Positions 28,454-38,708 of a stretch of 64,000 bases of DNA are shown piece after piece. The translations under genes were made by a program, and so were the position numbers. Source of the DNA: Thainema sp. (GTDB lineage Bacteria > Cyanobacteriota > Cyanobacteriia > Phormidesmidales > Phormidesmidaceae); contig JBQLZK010000006.1 in NCBI GenBank assembly GCA_052168235.1, forward strand, positions 64,001 through 128,000, read 5' to 3'. The number at the start of each line of letters is the position of its first letter. The first letter of the stretch is position 1. The notes below the pieces were generated by a model. The model searched no databases, was not told the DNA's origin, and saw only the letters and a list, made by a program, of their open reading frames with translations.

Positions 28454-28484
28454 GAATAGATGGAGAGGGGCTTAACTTTTACTG

Positions 28485-29177
28485 TTACTGTTCCTCGCGT
28501 TCTTCTTTTACATTATCGCGCGAACGAATCAAGTCGGGGCCACGGGATGTGCCCAGTCGAGTGGCTCCGGCCAAAATTAAATCGGTGGCCTGCTGATAGG
28601 TGCGGATGCCGCCCGATGCTTTGATGCCAATGCGACCTTTCGTCAAATCATACAGAAAACGAACATCGGCAATGGTGGCCCCACCATACCAACCCGTGCT
28701 GGTCTTCAAAAAGCTGACGCCTGCGTCCAAGCACAATTCTGCGGCCAGCTGCTTCTCTGGAGGTGTCAATAGGGTCGTTTCCAAAATAGCCTTGACCACA
28801 ACGCCCGTCGCATCACAGATTTCTGCGATTTCGCGATGCACTTTATCGGCTAGTCCGGCTTTCACCCAGCCTAAGTTAATCACCACATCCAGCTCGGCTG
28901 CGCCATACTCAACGGCTTCCTGCGCTTCATATAGCTTAGTAGCTGACGTTGAGGCTCCTAGCGGAAACCCAATGACGGTGCACACTTTAGGCGCTTTACC
29001 GTGCAATAGCGTGGCGGCCTGCTGGACGTGGGCGGGTAAGACGCACACGGCAGCAAACCGAAACCGCTCGCTTTCGGCGCAGCACTGCTCAACTTGCTCC
29101 GGCGTTGCTGTCGGAATCAGCAGGGCATGGTCAATAAATGGAGCAATATCGATTTCGGCAGCAGCACCAATAGCCAT
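28485..29177 (-). CDS. deoC: Deoxyribose-phosphate aldolase
   Basis: [34 protein letters not shown] and GATRLGTS motifs. Confidence 0.95.
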   Translation of the reverse strand: MAIGAAAEIDIAPFIDHALLIPTATPEQVEQCCAESERFRFAAVCVLPAHVQQAATLLHGKAPKVCTVIGFPLGASTSATKLYEAQEAVEYGAAELDVVINLGWVKAGLADKVHREIAEICDATGVVVKAILETTLLTPPEKQLAAELCLDAGVSFLKTSTGWYGGATIADVRFLYDLTKGRIGIKASGGIRTYQQATDLILAGATRLGTSRGPDLIRSRDNVKEEREEQ

Positions 29178-29374
29178 AGTGATTTACACAGGTGAACTTA
29201 CACGGATAAAAGACTTATTCTCACTTCTACCAAATATTTTCATGAAATTTAAACTTTTCTCATCTAAATCACGCTGAGGGTAGAGTTCGTTCTGCGATCG
29301 CACCCCAAAAATCCGGGTTTTTCCTGAAGCAGATTTTACTCGCTATCTGCTATGACCTGATTTATTCTTCTGAT

Positions 29375-29388
29375 GTAGCATTTAATAC
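29375..29388. promoter_or_regulatory. Candidate NtcA binding site
   Basis: GTAGCATTTAATAC is a perfect GTA-N8-TAC in the divergent intergenic region; no perfect TAN3T at the canonical spacing. Confidence 0.45.
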
Positions 29389-29510
29389 GAATGCGAAAAA
29401 CCGAAAATTTACATGCCAGAAAGCCATCTTAATTGAATAAATACTTCAAAATTTGGCAGGCTACCTAAGATGGTAGATAGAGAGATTCCCGGAATGGACG
29501 GCTAGAAGGT

Positions 29511-30041
29511 ATGAAAAATCAAGAATATACGGCGGCAAGGCGGCATGATCCAGCCCATCAGGCAGAACAGCCAGATGTCGAGATTTTGGGTAAAACGGGT
29601 CAAACCGTCATCTATGTTTTCCCCAGTGGAAATGCTCAAGTTAAACGTGGTCAGGTTCCCAGTGAACATCGCGAGTCGCAGCCTAAGACAGAATCGCCGT
29701 CACCCGCTTCTTCAACTTCACCCGCTCAGTTAGCTATCCCTGCTCACACAACCCCCACTCAGATAGTACCCGTTCAGACAGTACCCATTCAGACAGCATC
29801 ACTGGCTCAACCAGCTCCCGGCTCTCAATCACAGTTGAATTATCAAGTTCATCATCAACCTGAAAGTCAAACTCAAAGTCCTGCAAATGCCATTGAACAA
29901 CCGGTGCAGGCGGGTTTACTGAGTGCTGTGCAGAAAGAGGTAGTGCAGTATGATCAAGCCGCAACCGGCATGGCGATCGAAGAAATCCTGGTCGCTCGCG
30001 GCTGGTTCAATGAGGCAACAATGGCGGCATTTTTGAATTAG
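29511..30041 (+). CDS. Hypothetical protein with a degenerate MshEN-like C-terminal motif
   Basis: Gln/Pro/Ser-rich linker followed by QAGLLSAVQ...DQAATGMAIEEILVARGWF. Confidence 0.65.
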   Translation: MKNQEYTAARRHDPAHQAEQPDVEILGKTGQTVIYVFPSGNAQVKRGQVPSEHRESQPKTESPSPASSTSPAQLAIPAHTTPTQIVPVQTVPIQTASLAQPAPGSQSQLNYQVHHQPESQTQSPANAIEQPVQAGLLSAVQKEVVQYDQAATGMAIEEILVARGWFNEATMAAFLN

Positions 30042-30075
30042 TACTTGCCATCGTTAAGGGTTAGGACTCCAATGA

Positions 30076-31044
30076 TTAAGGCTCAAGCCACTCAATTTGA
30101 GCCGCTTTTTCGGGTAGCTTAGCCTGTCGCTGCCCCTGCGATCGCGCATTGGCACATAGGAGCGATACCGGAGTACCCAGCCAGTCCGCTCGGGTCGCTC
30201 GGCCTGTAGTGCTCTTGAGCAAACCTTTGGGTAGTTCTTTGAGCAGCCAGCGGCCCACACTATGTAGATATTCCTGCTGAGTTAAATCCCGCATCAGATC
30301 AACCTCGTGCAGTTCATGCAGGTAGCGATTGGAGCGTCCATAGCGCCGCCATTGGCTCACTAGGTCAGACAAATTAGAGCGATGGCGATGGCGCACAACC
30401 GCATCTGGCTGGAACTCAATTCGCCAGTCTCCTGTTTGCAGCACCCGCCAACAGAGATCGGCATCGCCACCTGTCGTTAAATAGGGCCGAAATAGCCCTG
30501 CTTGCTCGAATGCGGCCCGACGCACAGCTAGATTGGCCGTTTGACCATAGGGCAAAAATGAATGGGCCAGCGTATGCTTCTGCGACAGCGTTTCCTGCTG
30601 CTCAGCATGGTGCTCCAGCCAGGTTTGGCCCGGTAGGGCTTTAATTTCGCCTGCGACCAACCCAACTTGTGGATCGGCAAACGGCTGCACCATGCGCTCA
30701 ACCCAATCGGGCTGAGGCCGACAGTCGGCATCGGTAAAAATTAGAATTTCACCCGCTGCGGCGCGGATGCCAGCATTGCGGGCGGCGTAAGAACTTTGAA
30801 TATTAGGTTCGCTCAAAACGTGTAGCGTCCAGCCCAATTCCTGGAATTGGGATTGGGCAATTTTGAGCTGTTCCAAGGTGCGATCGCAACTGCCGTTATC
30901 GACCAGGCAATATTCAACCGCTGATTGGGGATAGGATTGCGATCGCAGCCCTGCTAGCAGATCGGGTAAATCCGCTTCTCCGTTGTAAATGGGAATGATG
31001 ACGGAAGCCTGCACTTGAGTTAAAGCCGCATTTGAAACTGCCAC
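30076..31044 (-). CDS. Glycosyltransferase family 2
   Basis: SVIIPIYN, VDNGSCD, AARNAG, FTDADC and GGDADLCWR motifs. Confidence 0.9.
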   Translation of the reverse strand: MAVSNAALTQVQASVIIPIYNGEADLPDLLAGLRSQSYPQSAVEYCLVDNGSCDRTLEQLKIAQSQFQELGWTLHVLSEPNIQSSYAARNAGIRAAAGEILIFTDADCRPQPDWVERMVQPFADPQVGLVAGEIKALPGQTWLEHHAEQQETLSQKHTLAHSFLPYGQTANLAVRRAAFEQAGLFRPYLTTGGDADLCWRVLQTGDWRIEFQPDAVVRHRHRSNLSDLVSQWRRYGRSNRYLHELHEVDLMRDLTQQEYLHSVGRWLLKELPKGLLKSTTGRATRADWLGTPVSLLCANARSQGQRQAKLPEKAAQIEWLEP

Positions 31045-31182
31045 GTTTGCTATCCTTCAGCCCATCTGTTCACATCTTCCATAGAGTGCCCATCTGCAAC
31101 TGGTATTTTGATCCTTGCCCGAACGAATCATCTCATACTGGTTCTCACTTGACATCTTGCCAAACCAGTACCCCAACCCGCA

Positions 31183-31280
31183 CTAGTGCTGTGTCAGGTT
31201 TGGATTGAGGGTTGAGGAGTCGCGCCTTGCGCGACTCCTCAACCCTGGGAACTATCAAAACAAAGCTGACAGACTACTAG
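31183..31280. mobile_element. MITE-like element with CTAG ends and an internal 18-bp perfect hairpin
   Basis: Terminal inverted repeats CTAGTGCTGTGTCAGGTTTG / CAAAGCTGACAGACTACTAG (16/20 match); internal AGGGTTGAGGAGTCGCGC-CTT-GCGCGACTCCTCAACCCT. Confidence 0.6.
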
Positions 31281-31664
31281 ATATAGCGTGTAATATCGAA
31301 TGCGCATGATTAACCATGCCCAATAGAATGATTCATTGCTGTGACTATTGACCGAACTAACAGCGAAACAGATTACTTAGTGCGGGAGATAACGTTTTAG
31401 ACGCTATTTGTCAGGATAAGAGTGTTCGGTTGCTGCAAACCAGCGAATGACAAGGTTGTGGCAGTGTTCAGATTTTTCTATATCCTTCTTTTTGACCTTG
31501 AGTTTGTTGCACCTAGCTTGGACAAATGCTGGTGTTTTTCCATCAGGTTTGAGCAGAGAAGTTCGAGTGGAAAATTCTGAGTACTGGCTACATTACACAT
31601 TGCTCGAAATGTCTAGTCATGAGCAGTTCAGGCCAACTAAACGACGCAGATTAGGAGACTACAT

Positions 31665-32141
31665 ATGAAACGCCTATTTATCGGAATACTTTCTGTACTT
31701 GCTGTAGCAGGTACTGCGACAGCAGTTAAAGCAGAACAGGATACCCAAGTTTATGGTGATCCATCTGATGGTGGCCCAGGTTATACCTATGACACCCCCA
31801 ACGTAGATGATGCCAACACGGGTGACAACTACGAGATGGATTCTAATACGCCCAGCGTCTACGATGATTTCTCTCGTCGTGACGAGGCAAACGACATGTC
31901 TGGCTATCGCACCAGCCCGTTTGAGCTAACCTACCTTGCTTACAGCGGCTATCTGGAAGACCAAGGCATTGAAAGCTACAGCACGCTGCTGCAAAACATT
32001 GAACTTGGTGATACGGATGCAGAAGACCTGATTGCAGCAGGTATCGAATCTGGTCGCCTCTCACCTATGGCAATGGAAGACGAAGGTTATGAAAACTCTG
32101 TCCGCTTCATGATGCAGCGACTGCAAGTTGAAAGCGAGTAG
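31665..32141 (+). CDS. Secreted acidic hypothetical protein
   Basis: AGGAG RBS, signal peptide ending AVKA, and PFELTYLAYSGYLEDQGI motif. Confidence 0.8.
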   Translation: MKRLFIGILSVLAVAGTATAVKAEQDTQVYGDPSDGGPGYTYDTPNVDDANTGDNYEMDSNTPSVYDDFSRRDEANDMSGYRTSPFELTYLAYSGYLEDQGIESYSTLLQNIELGDTDAEDLIAAGIESGRLSPMAMEDEGYENSVRFMMQRLQVESE

Positions 32142-32180
32142 AGACTTAGTCTAACCAATCTCGTACTTTGATCAAAACTC

Positions 32181-32221
32181 AGGGGGCAATCTTACCGTTC
32201 CAAGCGGTGAGATTGTCCCCT
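32181..32221 (+). terminator. RNA hairpin, putative terminator
   Basis: 19-bp stem whose three non-Watson-Crick pairs are all G-U on the plus-strand RNA; lies downstream of the secreted protein gene. Confidence 0.6.
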
Positions 32222-32318
32222 AGTTTCATGATTTGATTTGTGTGAGCCAATCATCACTGTATTGGCATTAACTATTAAACTGCTACGATAAAAGGATCGT
32301 GTTTAAGGGTAAATTGGC

Positions 32319-32672
32319 ATGACTCCAAAGGAACCCGTTTCAGCCGAGGTTGTACAACAGGTTGCTGAATACTTTAGTGTGTTGGGCGAACCCATGCGTT
32401 TACGGTTACTAAACCTGCTGCGCGATGGTGAAAAATGCGTACAAGAACTCGTTGAAGCCACTGAAACGAGTCAGGCTAATGTTTCAAAGCACTTGAAAGT
32501 GATGCTGCAAGCTGGCATCCTCAGCCGCCGAAGCGAAGGCACATCTGCCTACTACAGCGTTTCTGACGATTTGATTTTTGAACTGTGCAATCTGGTTTGC
32601 GATCGCTTAGCGACCCGCATTGAGCAACAGGCCCAGCACTTCCGCGCCTTTAGCCTAGCCAGCAAGCAGTAG
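32319..32672 (+). CDS. ArsR/SmtB family transcriptional regulator
   Basis: FSVLGEPMRLRLL...GEKCVQELV...SQANVSKHLKVM...G...YY motif. Confidence 0.92.
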   Translation: MTPKEPVSAEVVQQVAEYFSVLGEPMRLRLLNLLRDGEKCVQELVEATETSQANVSKHLKVMLQAGILSRRSEGTSAYYSVSDDLIFELCNLVCDRLATRIEQQAQHFRAFSLASKQ

Positions 32673-32694
32673 ACTTAACCCCTATGATTCGTTG

Positions 32695-32728
32695 TTTGTG
32701 AGACGCTTGTCAGCAGGCGTCTCACAAA
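32695..32728. repeat. Degenerate member of the long-palindrome family
   Basis: TTTGTGAGACGCTTG-TCAG-CAGGCGTCTCACAAA followed by TAATAAATTGGGTT, an outer end shared with the 11965 and 42782 elements. Confidence 0.7.
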
Positions 32729-32774
32729 TAATAAATTGGGTTCTTATAGGCGGACTTGATGTAATTGCCACACC

Positions 32775-33392
32775 CTAGAGCTGAAATTCCCGCTCAAAAT
32801 CGCTGCGGGTCATCGGCTGTTCAACAATCAGACCTTCGCCACCGAGTACTTTCAGCGGTTGACCTTCTACCGAAATCCAGACGGGCGCATCGGCATCCAG
32901 CGCAGTCGCTGTGTAGAGAATTTGCCCTAATCGACCAGACATGGCTGCACTGCCACCACCGAGTCCAAATTCATTCGATAAATCGACATGAATTCCGTCT
33001 GGTTCAACCCGTAAGTCTAGTAGCTGAGTTCCGGGCGGAATTGTGGAGAATGCGTTGGTGGAATCCGGCCCGGTTAGAAGGGCATTGAACGCAGTCGTTA
33101 GTAGATCTTCAGGCTGGCTTTCGCCCTGGATTGTGATGTCGGCGGGACTGAGGGTTAAGCTTTGGCCGGTATCCTCTAGCCAGTAGAGCTGTACCGTTTG
33201 TTCAACTGCTGCAATTGGAGTATCGGGAGCATTTGAGGTTGGATCAGTTGCGGTAACGGTCGAATTTGACTCAACTGAGGTGAGCGAATGCCAAGTCAAC
33301 CAGGCTGTGCTGCCACCCACGGCAACGACAACCGCTGAAAGCCCAGCCACGACGCCCAAGGGAATGCGATGTGTGCGATGACGGCTTTCCAT
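32775..33392 (-). CDS. GerMN domain-containing protein
   Basis: N-terminal TM anchor; LLTGP...STIPPGTQLL...VDLSNEF..GGGSA...GQILYTAT. Confidence 0.9.
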   Translation of the reverse strand: MESRHRTHRIPLGVVAGLSAVVVAVGGSTAWLTWHSLTSVESNSTVTATDPTSNAPDTPIAAVEQTVQLYWLEDTGQSLTLSPADITIQGESQPEDLLTTAFNALLTGPDSTNAFSTIPPGTQLLDLRVEPDGIHVDLSNEFGLGGGSAAMSGRLGQILYTATALDADAPVWISVEGQPLKVLGGEGLIVEQPMTRSDFEREFQL

Positions 33393-33443
33393 AGGAGCTT
33401 CCTCTTATTAGATCTTTAGATCTTGATCTACACGCTCAGTGAC

Positions 33444-34241
33444 TTATTTTCCGGAAAGAGTCGTTTCAGGCTCAACTCGAACAAAGGCGATTGTTTCAAT
33501 CTGTTCTGGCTGAATGTTCAACTGCAAAATGCGAACAGTAATGCCCTGCTCCTGTAGCGATCGCAGATCCAGACGACGGCTGATTCCCTCTGAAAGCGCA
33601 TTAATAAACTGCTGGGGAACCGCTTCGCCATTGGCCACAATGCGTGGATCAACAAGCTGGAGCTGTCGGCCTTCCACAATGTTCAGACCCGTTTCCAGTT
33701 CAATATCAAGCTGCTCTTGCGATCGCGTATCTCGAATCGAGACTTCGCCTAAGATGCGGCCATTAGGCAAAAACGTCACGCTGGGGTTTAAGAACTCATA
33801 CTGCTGCGCCCGAATCGCTTGCGGCGCGCTCAAAAAACGCAGACTAAAACTGCGGACGGTTTCGGTAAAGCGAGGCGACCGAAGAAGCTGGTTGATGTCC
33901 TCAGCCGTCAGTGTTACCCGTGCTGCCGATTGAAACGGTTGGTCAAACTGAATGTGCCCCTGTCGGACGCTGCGAATATTAACGTCAATCGGATCGGTTT
34001 CCACTTCGACTGTGGCAATTCGCAGATTCGGTATGGGATAGATTCCGGATCCGGCAATTCGAATTTTGTTGACTTTGCCCTGCACCAGTTGAAAGCTGGG
34101 CGTGTTGTCGATACGGACATCCAAGGTTTCGATCTGGTTGACGTTTGTGCGAATCGCATCCTCCACGATTTGATCCACAGCAAAGCCGCCCGGTGACAAA
34201 ATGCCCAGCAGCACCGACAACAAAACGCTCAAAAATTCCAT
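33444..34241 (-). CDS. DUF2993 (LmeA-like) domain protein
   Basis: VRIDNTPSFQLVQGKVNKIRIAG...TAEDINQLL motif. Confidence 0.8.
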   Translation of the reverse strand: MEFLSVLLSVLLGILSPGGFAVDQIVEDAIRTNVNQIETLDVRIDNTPSFQLVQGKVNKIRIAGSGIYPIPNLRIATVEVETDPIDVNIRSVRQGHIQFDQPFQSAARVTLTAEDINQLLRSPRFTETVRSFSLRFLSAPQAIRAQQYEFLNPSVTFLPNGRILGEVSIRDTRSQEQLDIELETGLNIVEGRQLQLVDPRIVANGEAVPQQFINALSEGISRRLDLRSLQEQGITVRILQLNIQPEQIETIAFVRVEPETTLSGK

Positions 34242-34286
34242 ATCCGTTTGTTACCCAACCATCAGTGAAGATCCTACGGGAAGATG

Positions 34287-34637
34287 CTAGTCATTTTCCC
34301 AATCTTCACGACCGATTAAATCCAAAATTTGCTCCCGCAGCAAGAACTCATGCTCCTCCAGGGTTTGCTCAATGCAGACCCATTCTCGTGCCGGAACGTA
34401 TTGGCACAGCGCGTAAAGCGGCTGATAGCGGCTGAGCTTGCCCTGCTGCACCAGGTGGCGTACTTCATCGCGAATCATGTCAATGGAGTAGCGGACTCTA
34501 GAGCATTCCACACTGTCCGGCTGAGCGGTCGTTGTTGGCCGTTTAGCTTTAGCGGTGGCTATATTTGCAACGGATGTAGTTGTCGTTGATGCAGGTATAA
34601 CGGTGGGCGTAGCAGAAAATAATGATGTAAAGTTCAT
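34287..34637 (-). CDS. DUF4327 family protein
   Basis: YSIDMIRDEVRHLVQQG.LSRYQPLYALCQY...EDWEND. Confidence 0.85.
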   Translation of the reverse strand: MNFTSLFSATPTVIPASTTTTSVANIATAKAKRPTTTAQPDSVECSRVRYSIDMIRDEVRHLVQQGKLSRYQPLYALCQYVPAREWVCIEQTLEEHEFLLREQILDLIGREDWEND

Positions 34638-35395
34638 ACTGGCGTGTCTCCTGACAGCGGATTGCTAGCAGATTGACGGTTCGGCTGTTGGTCATCGTTG
34701 GCTTAAAAGCTGCGATCGCAGGATCGACCTCTACCTCAACCGATTGCTTGCAGAGCCCATCAATAACAGATCAATGGTGACAAAATCGATTAGATAGACG
34801 TACGCGCAGGCCCGAGAGCCGAATCGCCTGTTCTGTAGGGTCGTTGCTTAGAATCGTTGCTGATGACGCTGGAATATTTGGTTTTGCAATCAAGCGGTGC
34901 GATCGCAGATCACAGATTAATCAAACACTTCGACAAAACAACAAATACAGAACCCACAAGATGAGTGACACTGAGCCAGTTTTAGGTTGTAAACAAAATC
35001 AAATGGAATTGAATGTAGTGATTTCCTGACTCAATTTCATTATCAATTATTGTATCTGGTTGAGTCGAAATACTTAGACATCATTCACGCACTGCAATGA
35101 ATGTTGATATATGGCATTGAGGAACGTGTTGTTAGTCCTCCTGGTTCCTGAAGCCCTTATTCCGTAAAGCTTTCGCAATAGTTGTCGAAACAGAGATAGT
35201 GATTAGGATAGACATTCTAGTCAGCCAAAAGAGTTAGGTATTCACGGTCTGACCGCAGCGAAATATCTCTTTTGATTCTCATTTAGGCACGTTACAAACC
35301 ATATCAGCTTGCCGACATTTAGCATTGATCTGGCTATTTTGGGGATGCTGGGAGATTAAGCGCTACAGGTTACAACTTACTAGGACAGACTGTTT

Positions 35396-36196
35396 ATGCT
35401 CTTTGCGCTGGCGAATTTGCCCTATTGGATTTTTCTCGGTTCCGGTGTCGTTTTGTTTCTCTTTGTCATCTTGTCCGGTGGCGGCGACGATGACTTAGAC
35501 GCCGATATGGACGTGGATGCGGATATTGATGCCGATTTTGATCTAGATGCCGAGGTGGATGCGGGCGGCAGTCAGCTCCTAGATTTGGATGCCGATGGCG
35601 ATGCTGATAGCAACGGTGACTTCGGCACCGCCCAAGTGCTCGGCTGGTTCGGCATTGGAAAAGCGCCGCTGATTCTGCTAATCGCCCTTGACCTCTGCCT
35701 CTGGGGGTTGGCTGGCTGGACGCTGAATGTTGTTATTGCTGGCCTGATGGGCGAAATCGGCGGTGCGATCGCAGAAATTGGCATTCTCATCCTGTCTTTA
35801 ATCATTGCGCTCAACGTCGGTGGCCTGATTGCTCGCCCCATTGGCCGCATTTTTGCCTCTTTCACAGAAGACTCCAGTTGCGATCGCTTAATTGGCTGCC
35901 TCGGCACCGTCATCTCGGCCTCTATTCCCTTCAGTGACTCCGGCAAAATTGGCCAAATTGATGTGTACGACGCTGCTCACAACCTCGTTACCGTCAGCGC
36001 TGTTTTACCTACCTGGGCTCAAATTTCTCTTCGACGCGGCGCAAAAGTCCTCGTCATCGAACGCCACACCAAGGGCTATGTCGTCATCGCCCAAAACAGC
36101 ATCGACCAGCAAAACTGGCTCAACGGCACATTCGAGCAATCCCAAGATTCTCTAACCTCCCAACAGCCCCAAGACTCTAATCTCCTGAACCCCTGA
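35396..36196 (+). CDS. YqiJ/NfeD-like OB-fold membrane protein (DUF1449-like)
   Basis: NLPYWIFL, acidic D-A-D repeats, LGWFGIGKAPL, and a C-terminal OB fold (LIGCLGTV...GQIDV). Confidence 0.8.
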   Translation: MLFALANLPYWIFLGSGVVLFLFVILSGGGDDDLDADMDVDADIDADFDLDAEVDAGGSQLLDLDADGDADSNGDFGTAQVLGWFGIGKAPLILLIALDLCLWGLAGWTLNVVIAGLMGEIGGAIAEIGILILSLIIALNVGGLIARPIGRIFASFTEDSSCDRLIGCLGTVISASIPFSDSGKIGQIDVYDAAHNLVTVSAVLPTWAQISLRRGAKVLVIERHTKGYVVIAQNSIDQQNWLNGTFEQSQDSLTSQQPQDSNLLNP

Positions 36197-36250
36197 GAAC
36201 TGCGGCACTTCCCTTATTGCTGTATCTCTCGCTTTCTCACCTTTGGGCGT

Positions 36251-36278
36251 GGTGCATTATTGCGCGAATGCACCCTAC
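36251..36278 (-). repeat. GTAG-type REP-like element
   Basis: Minus strand reads GTAG-GGTGCATT-CGCGCAAT-AATGCACC. Confidence 0.6.
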
Positions 36279-36531
36279 GGTATGCATTTCCTACACAGCC
36301 CTTCCACCCTCGACTCCCTTTACAACCTCTCACTCCCCACTCCCTGCTCCCCGTTCTCTACCTTCCAACCCACCCAACATCTATGCGATTGATCCGCTTC
36401 AGGGTAGATTATTAGAAGCAAGAATCTTTAGGGATAATTTAGCCGGGACTGTATCCAGCTAAGTTCCCTGCCAACTGTCTCAATTGAAAAATGCAGGTTC
36501 ACTGCTCTGCTGTGTATTGGAAAGGGAAACG

Positions 36532-36723
36532 ATGTTAACAATTCTGTTTCAACTCGCATTAACGGCTCTGGTCATTTTGTCCTTCGTAATGGTAGTCGGT
36601 GTGCCAGTGGCCTACGCCTCCCCTTCAAACTGGGAACAATCCAAGCGTCTTATTTTGTTGGGTTCATTTGCTTGGGCTGGTTTGGTGATCCTGGTCGGTG
36701 GACTCAACTATCTTGTGGCCTAA
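36532..36723 (+). CDS. psbZ: Photosystem II reaction centre protein Z
   Basis: [33 protein letters not shown]...LN; 63 aa from ATG 36532. Confidence 0.95.
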   Translation: MLTILFQLALTALVILSFVMVVGVPVAYASPSNWEQSKRLILLGSFAWAGLVILVGGLNYLVA

Positions 36724-36757
36724 ACCGCTAGGAATCAGACTGAGAGCTAGATCTCAT

Positions 36758-36799
36758 AAAGAAAGGCGCTGAAACCCTAGGTTTCAGCGCTCTTTTTTT
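36758..36799. terminator. Bidirectional intrinsic terminator
   Basis: GCGCTGAAACC-CTA-GGTTTCAGCGC flanked by A-rich and T7 tracts, between convergent genes. Confidence 0.75.
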
Positions 36800-36823
36800 G
36801 CTGTGTTGTGCAAGATCCAAGAA

Positions 36824-38221
36824 TTAATTTCGTCCAGGCAAAATCAAATTTAAGATCAGTGCTGACATGCCGCCTGTGGTGATACCCGACGCAAAAATAC
36901 TCTTGACCAAGCTTGGCGTTTGATCGAGCGCTTCAGGCACAAACGTGACGCCGAGGCCCAAACCGAGTGAAACCGCCAGGATAATCGCTGCTCGCCGATC
37001 GATTTCAACGGTAGAGATAATTCGCAAGCCTGCCACTGCGACTGAGCCAAACATGATAATGGTGGCACCGCCCAAAACAGGTTGCGGAATCGCCTGAAAC
37101 ACACCGCCGACAATGGGAAACAGTCCCAACAGCGCCAAAATGGCTGCAACATAGTAGCCAACATAGCGACTACCCACACCTGTAAGTTGAATCACTCCGT
37201 TATTTTGGCTAAACGTGGTGTTTGGAAAGGTGTTGAATACTGCTGCCAACGCGGAATTGAAGCCATCGCCCAAAACGCCGCCTTTGATGCGACGGAAATA
37301 AAGCGGCCCTCGGATTGGCTGATTGGTTAGCACTGAAGTCGCCGTCATGTCGCCAATCGATTCAATGGTGGTGATCAGGTACAGAAAGATAAAGGGAATA
37401 AAGGAGCCAAAGTTAAATCCAAATCCAAACCGGAACGGAATAGGGAACGAGAACAAGGGCAAACCACTTAAGTTGCTGAAATTGACTAACCCCAACGGGA
37501 TAGAGACGACGTAGCCTGCGATAAGACCGATCGCAACTGAGGCCATCCGGAGAAACGGATTGCGGGCAATGTTGAGCACGATGATAATCACCAGTACCAT
37601 TGCGGCTAAGCCCAGATTAGTGGGACTGCCAAAGGCATCCGTACCTTGAGCCGGTACGCCACCTGCAATGCTGATCATGCCTGTGTTGATCAGAGTTAGG
37701 CCAATCAGTGTTACCACGGTTCCCGTAACCAATGGAGTAATGATCCGCTGAGCTAAATCGAGGAAACGGCTCAGCGCCATCTCGATAAATGCACCGACGA
37801 AGCATACACCGAAAATGGTAGCCAATGCGGCCTCTGGTGTTGTACCGCCCTCAATGGCTGCTAGACCAGTGGCAATGATGGGGCCAAGAAAGGTGAAACT
37901 GGTGCCCTGAATGCTGAGTAGTCCTGAGCCAAGTGGGCCAAACCGACGCGCTTGAATGAAACTGGCGACGCCCGAAATAAACAGCGACATGCTGACAATA
38001 TAGGTCGCAGCCACTGGCTCCAGTCCTAATGCGCCGCTGATGATCAGCGGTGGGGTGATAATGCCGACAAACATCGCGAGCACGTGCTGAACGGCTGCAA
38101 AGATGGCATCACGGACTGGCGGTCTGTCTTCGAGGCCGTAAATTAAATCGGCTGAACCCGCAGCCGCGATCGCATCTGCTTCCGCTTCCTCGATCATTTG
38201 GATTTCTTGTTCGCTTGTCAT
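36824..38221 (-). CDS. Uracil-xanthine permease (NCS2/NAT family), xanthine-type signature
   Basis: QH motif in TM1, ESIGD, and NAT motif FSQNNGVIQLTG; ATG 38221 preferred. Confidence 0.92.
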   Translation of the reverse strand: MTSEQEIQMIEEAEADAIAAAGSADLIYGLEDRPPVRDAIFAAVQHVLAMFVGIITPPLIISGALGLEPVAATYIVSMSLFISGVASFIQARRFGPLGSGLLSIQGTSFTFLGPIIATGLAAIEGGTTPEAALATIFGVCFVGAFIEMALSRFLDLAQRIITPLVTGTVVTLIGLTLINTGMISIAGGVPAQGTDAFGSPTNLGLAAMVLVIIIVLNIARNPFLRMASVAIGLIAGYVVSIPLGLVNFSNLSGLPLFSFPIPFRFGFGFNFGSFIPFIFLYLITTIESIGDMTATSVLTNQPIRGPLYFRRIKGGVLGDGFNSALAAVFNTFPNTTFSQNNGVIQLTGVGSRYVGYYVAAILALLGLFPIVGGVFQAIPQPVLGGATIIMFGSVAVAGLRIISTVEIDRRAAIILAVSLGLGLGVTFVPEALDQTPSLVKSIFASGITTGGMSALILNLILPGRN

Positions 38222-38624
38222 GTGATAACTATCCTGATGTAAATCAAACACCTGAATGAACTCAGACTGAATGGCTTTAAACACGTGATTTGATTCGCTC
38301 CAAAACCCTCCACGATTGCAAGGAGCAAATTAAAGCTAGTTAGATAATTAATCGGCGCTGATGCCTCCGCGTTGATCAACAAGTTGGTAGATAAATTGAC
38401 AAGCAAATTAGCAAGTAAATTCCTCAATAAAACTTAATCAATTTAGGAGCAGCAAACACGGTTGGATAGCTCTCAAAAGGCCGTGATTTCTGTCGTGGAG
38501 GCAATACCGACACAGCAAAAATCGCGATTTGATGTCGGCTACCTACGATTGAACACAGTGTGGTTCATCAGGGTTTAGAAATGTGATTTAACCGTGAACA
38601 TATAAATTCATTCCTTTCAATGCT

Positions 38625-38666
38625 GTTTCACACACTACACTTTCTGAAATTTGGCTCTGATAGCTT
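38625..38666 (+). promoter_or_regulatory. Candidate NtcA-activated promoter for the porin gene
   Basis: GTT-N8-TAC (38625-38638, flanked TGT...ACA) followed after exactly 22 nt by TAGCTT (TAN3T). Confidence 0.45.
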
Positions 38667-38708
38667 AAAATTCAACTTTTAAGTATCGATGGTGTGAGGA
38701 AGATAACA

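Noticed and set aside
28600..29277. 225-aa plus-strand ORF
   Set aside because: Antisense shadow of deoC with no protein motifs.
31447..31668. 73-aa ORF upstream of the secreted protein
   Set aside because: No family features; it overlaps the likely promoter/UTR of the next gene, which has its own RBS.
36217..36462. 81-aa plus-strand ORF
   Set aside because: It spans a REP hairpin and a pyrimidine-rich repeat and has a weak start.
38222..38700. Purine riboswitch upstream of the xanthine permease
   Set aside because: The conserved purine aptamer core could not be identified by eye; an Rfam scan would be needed.
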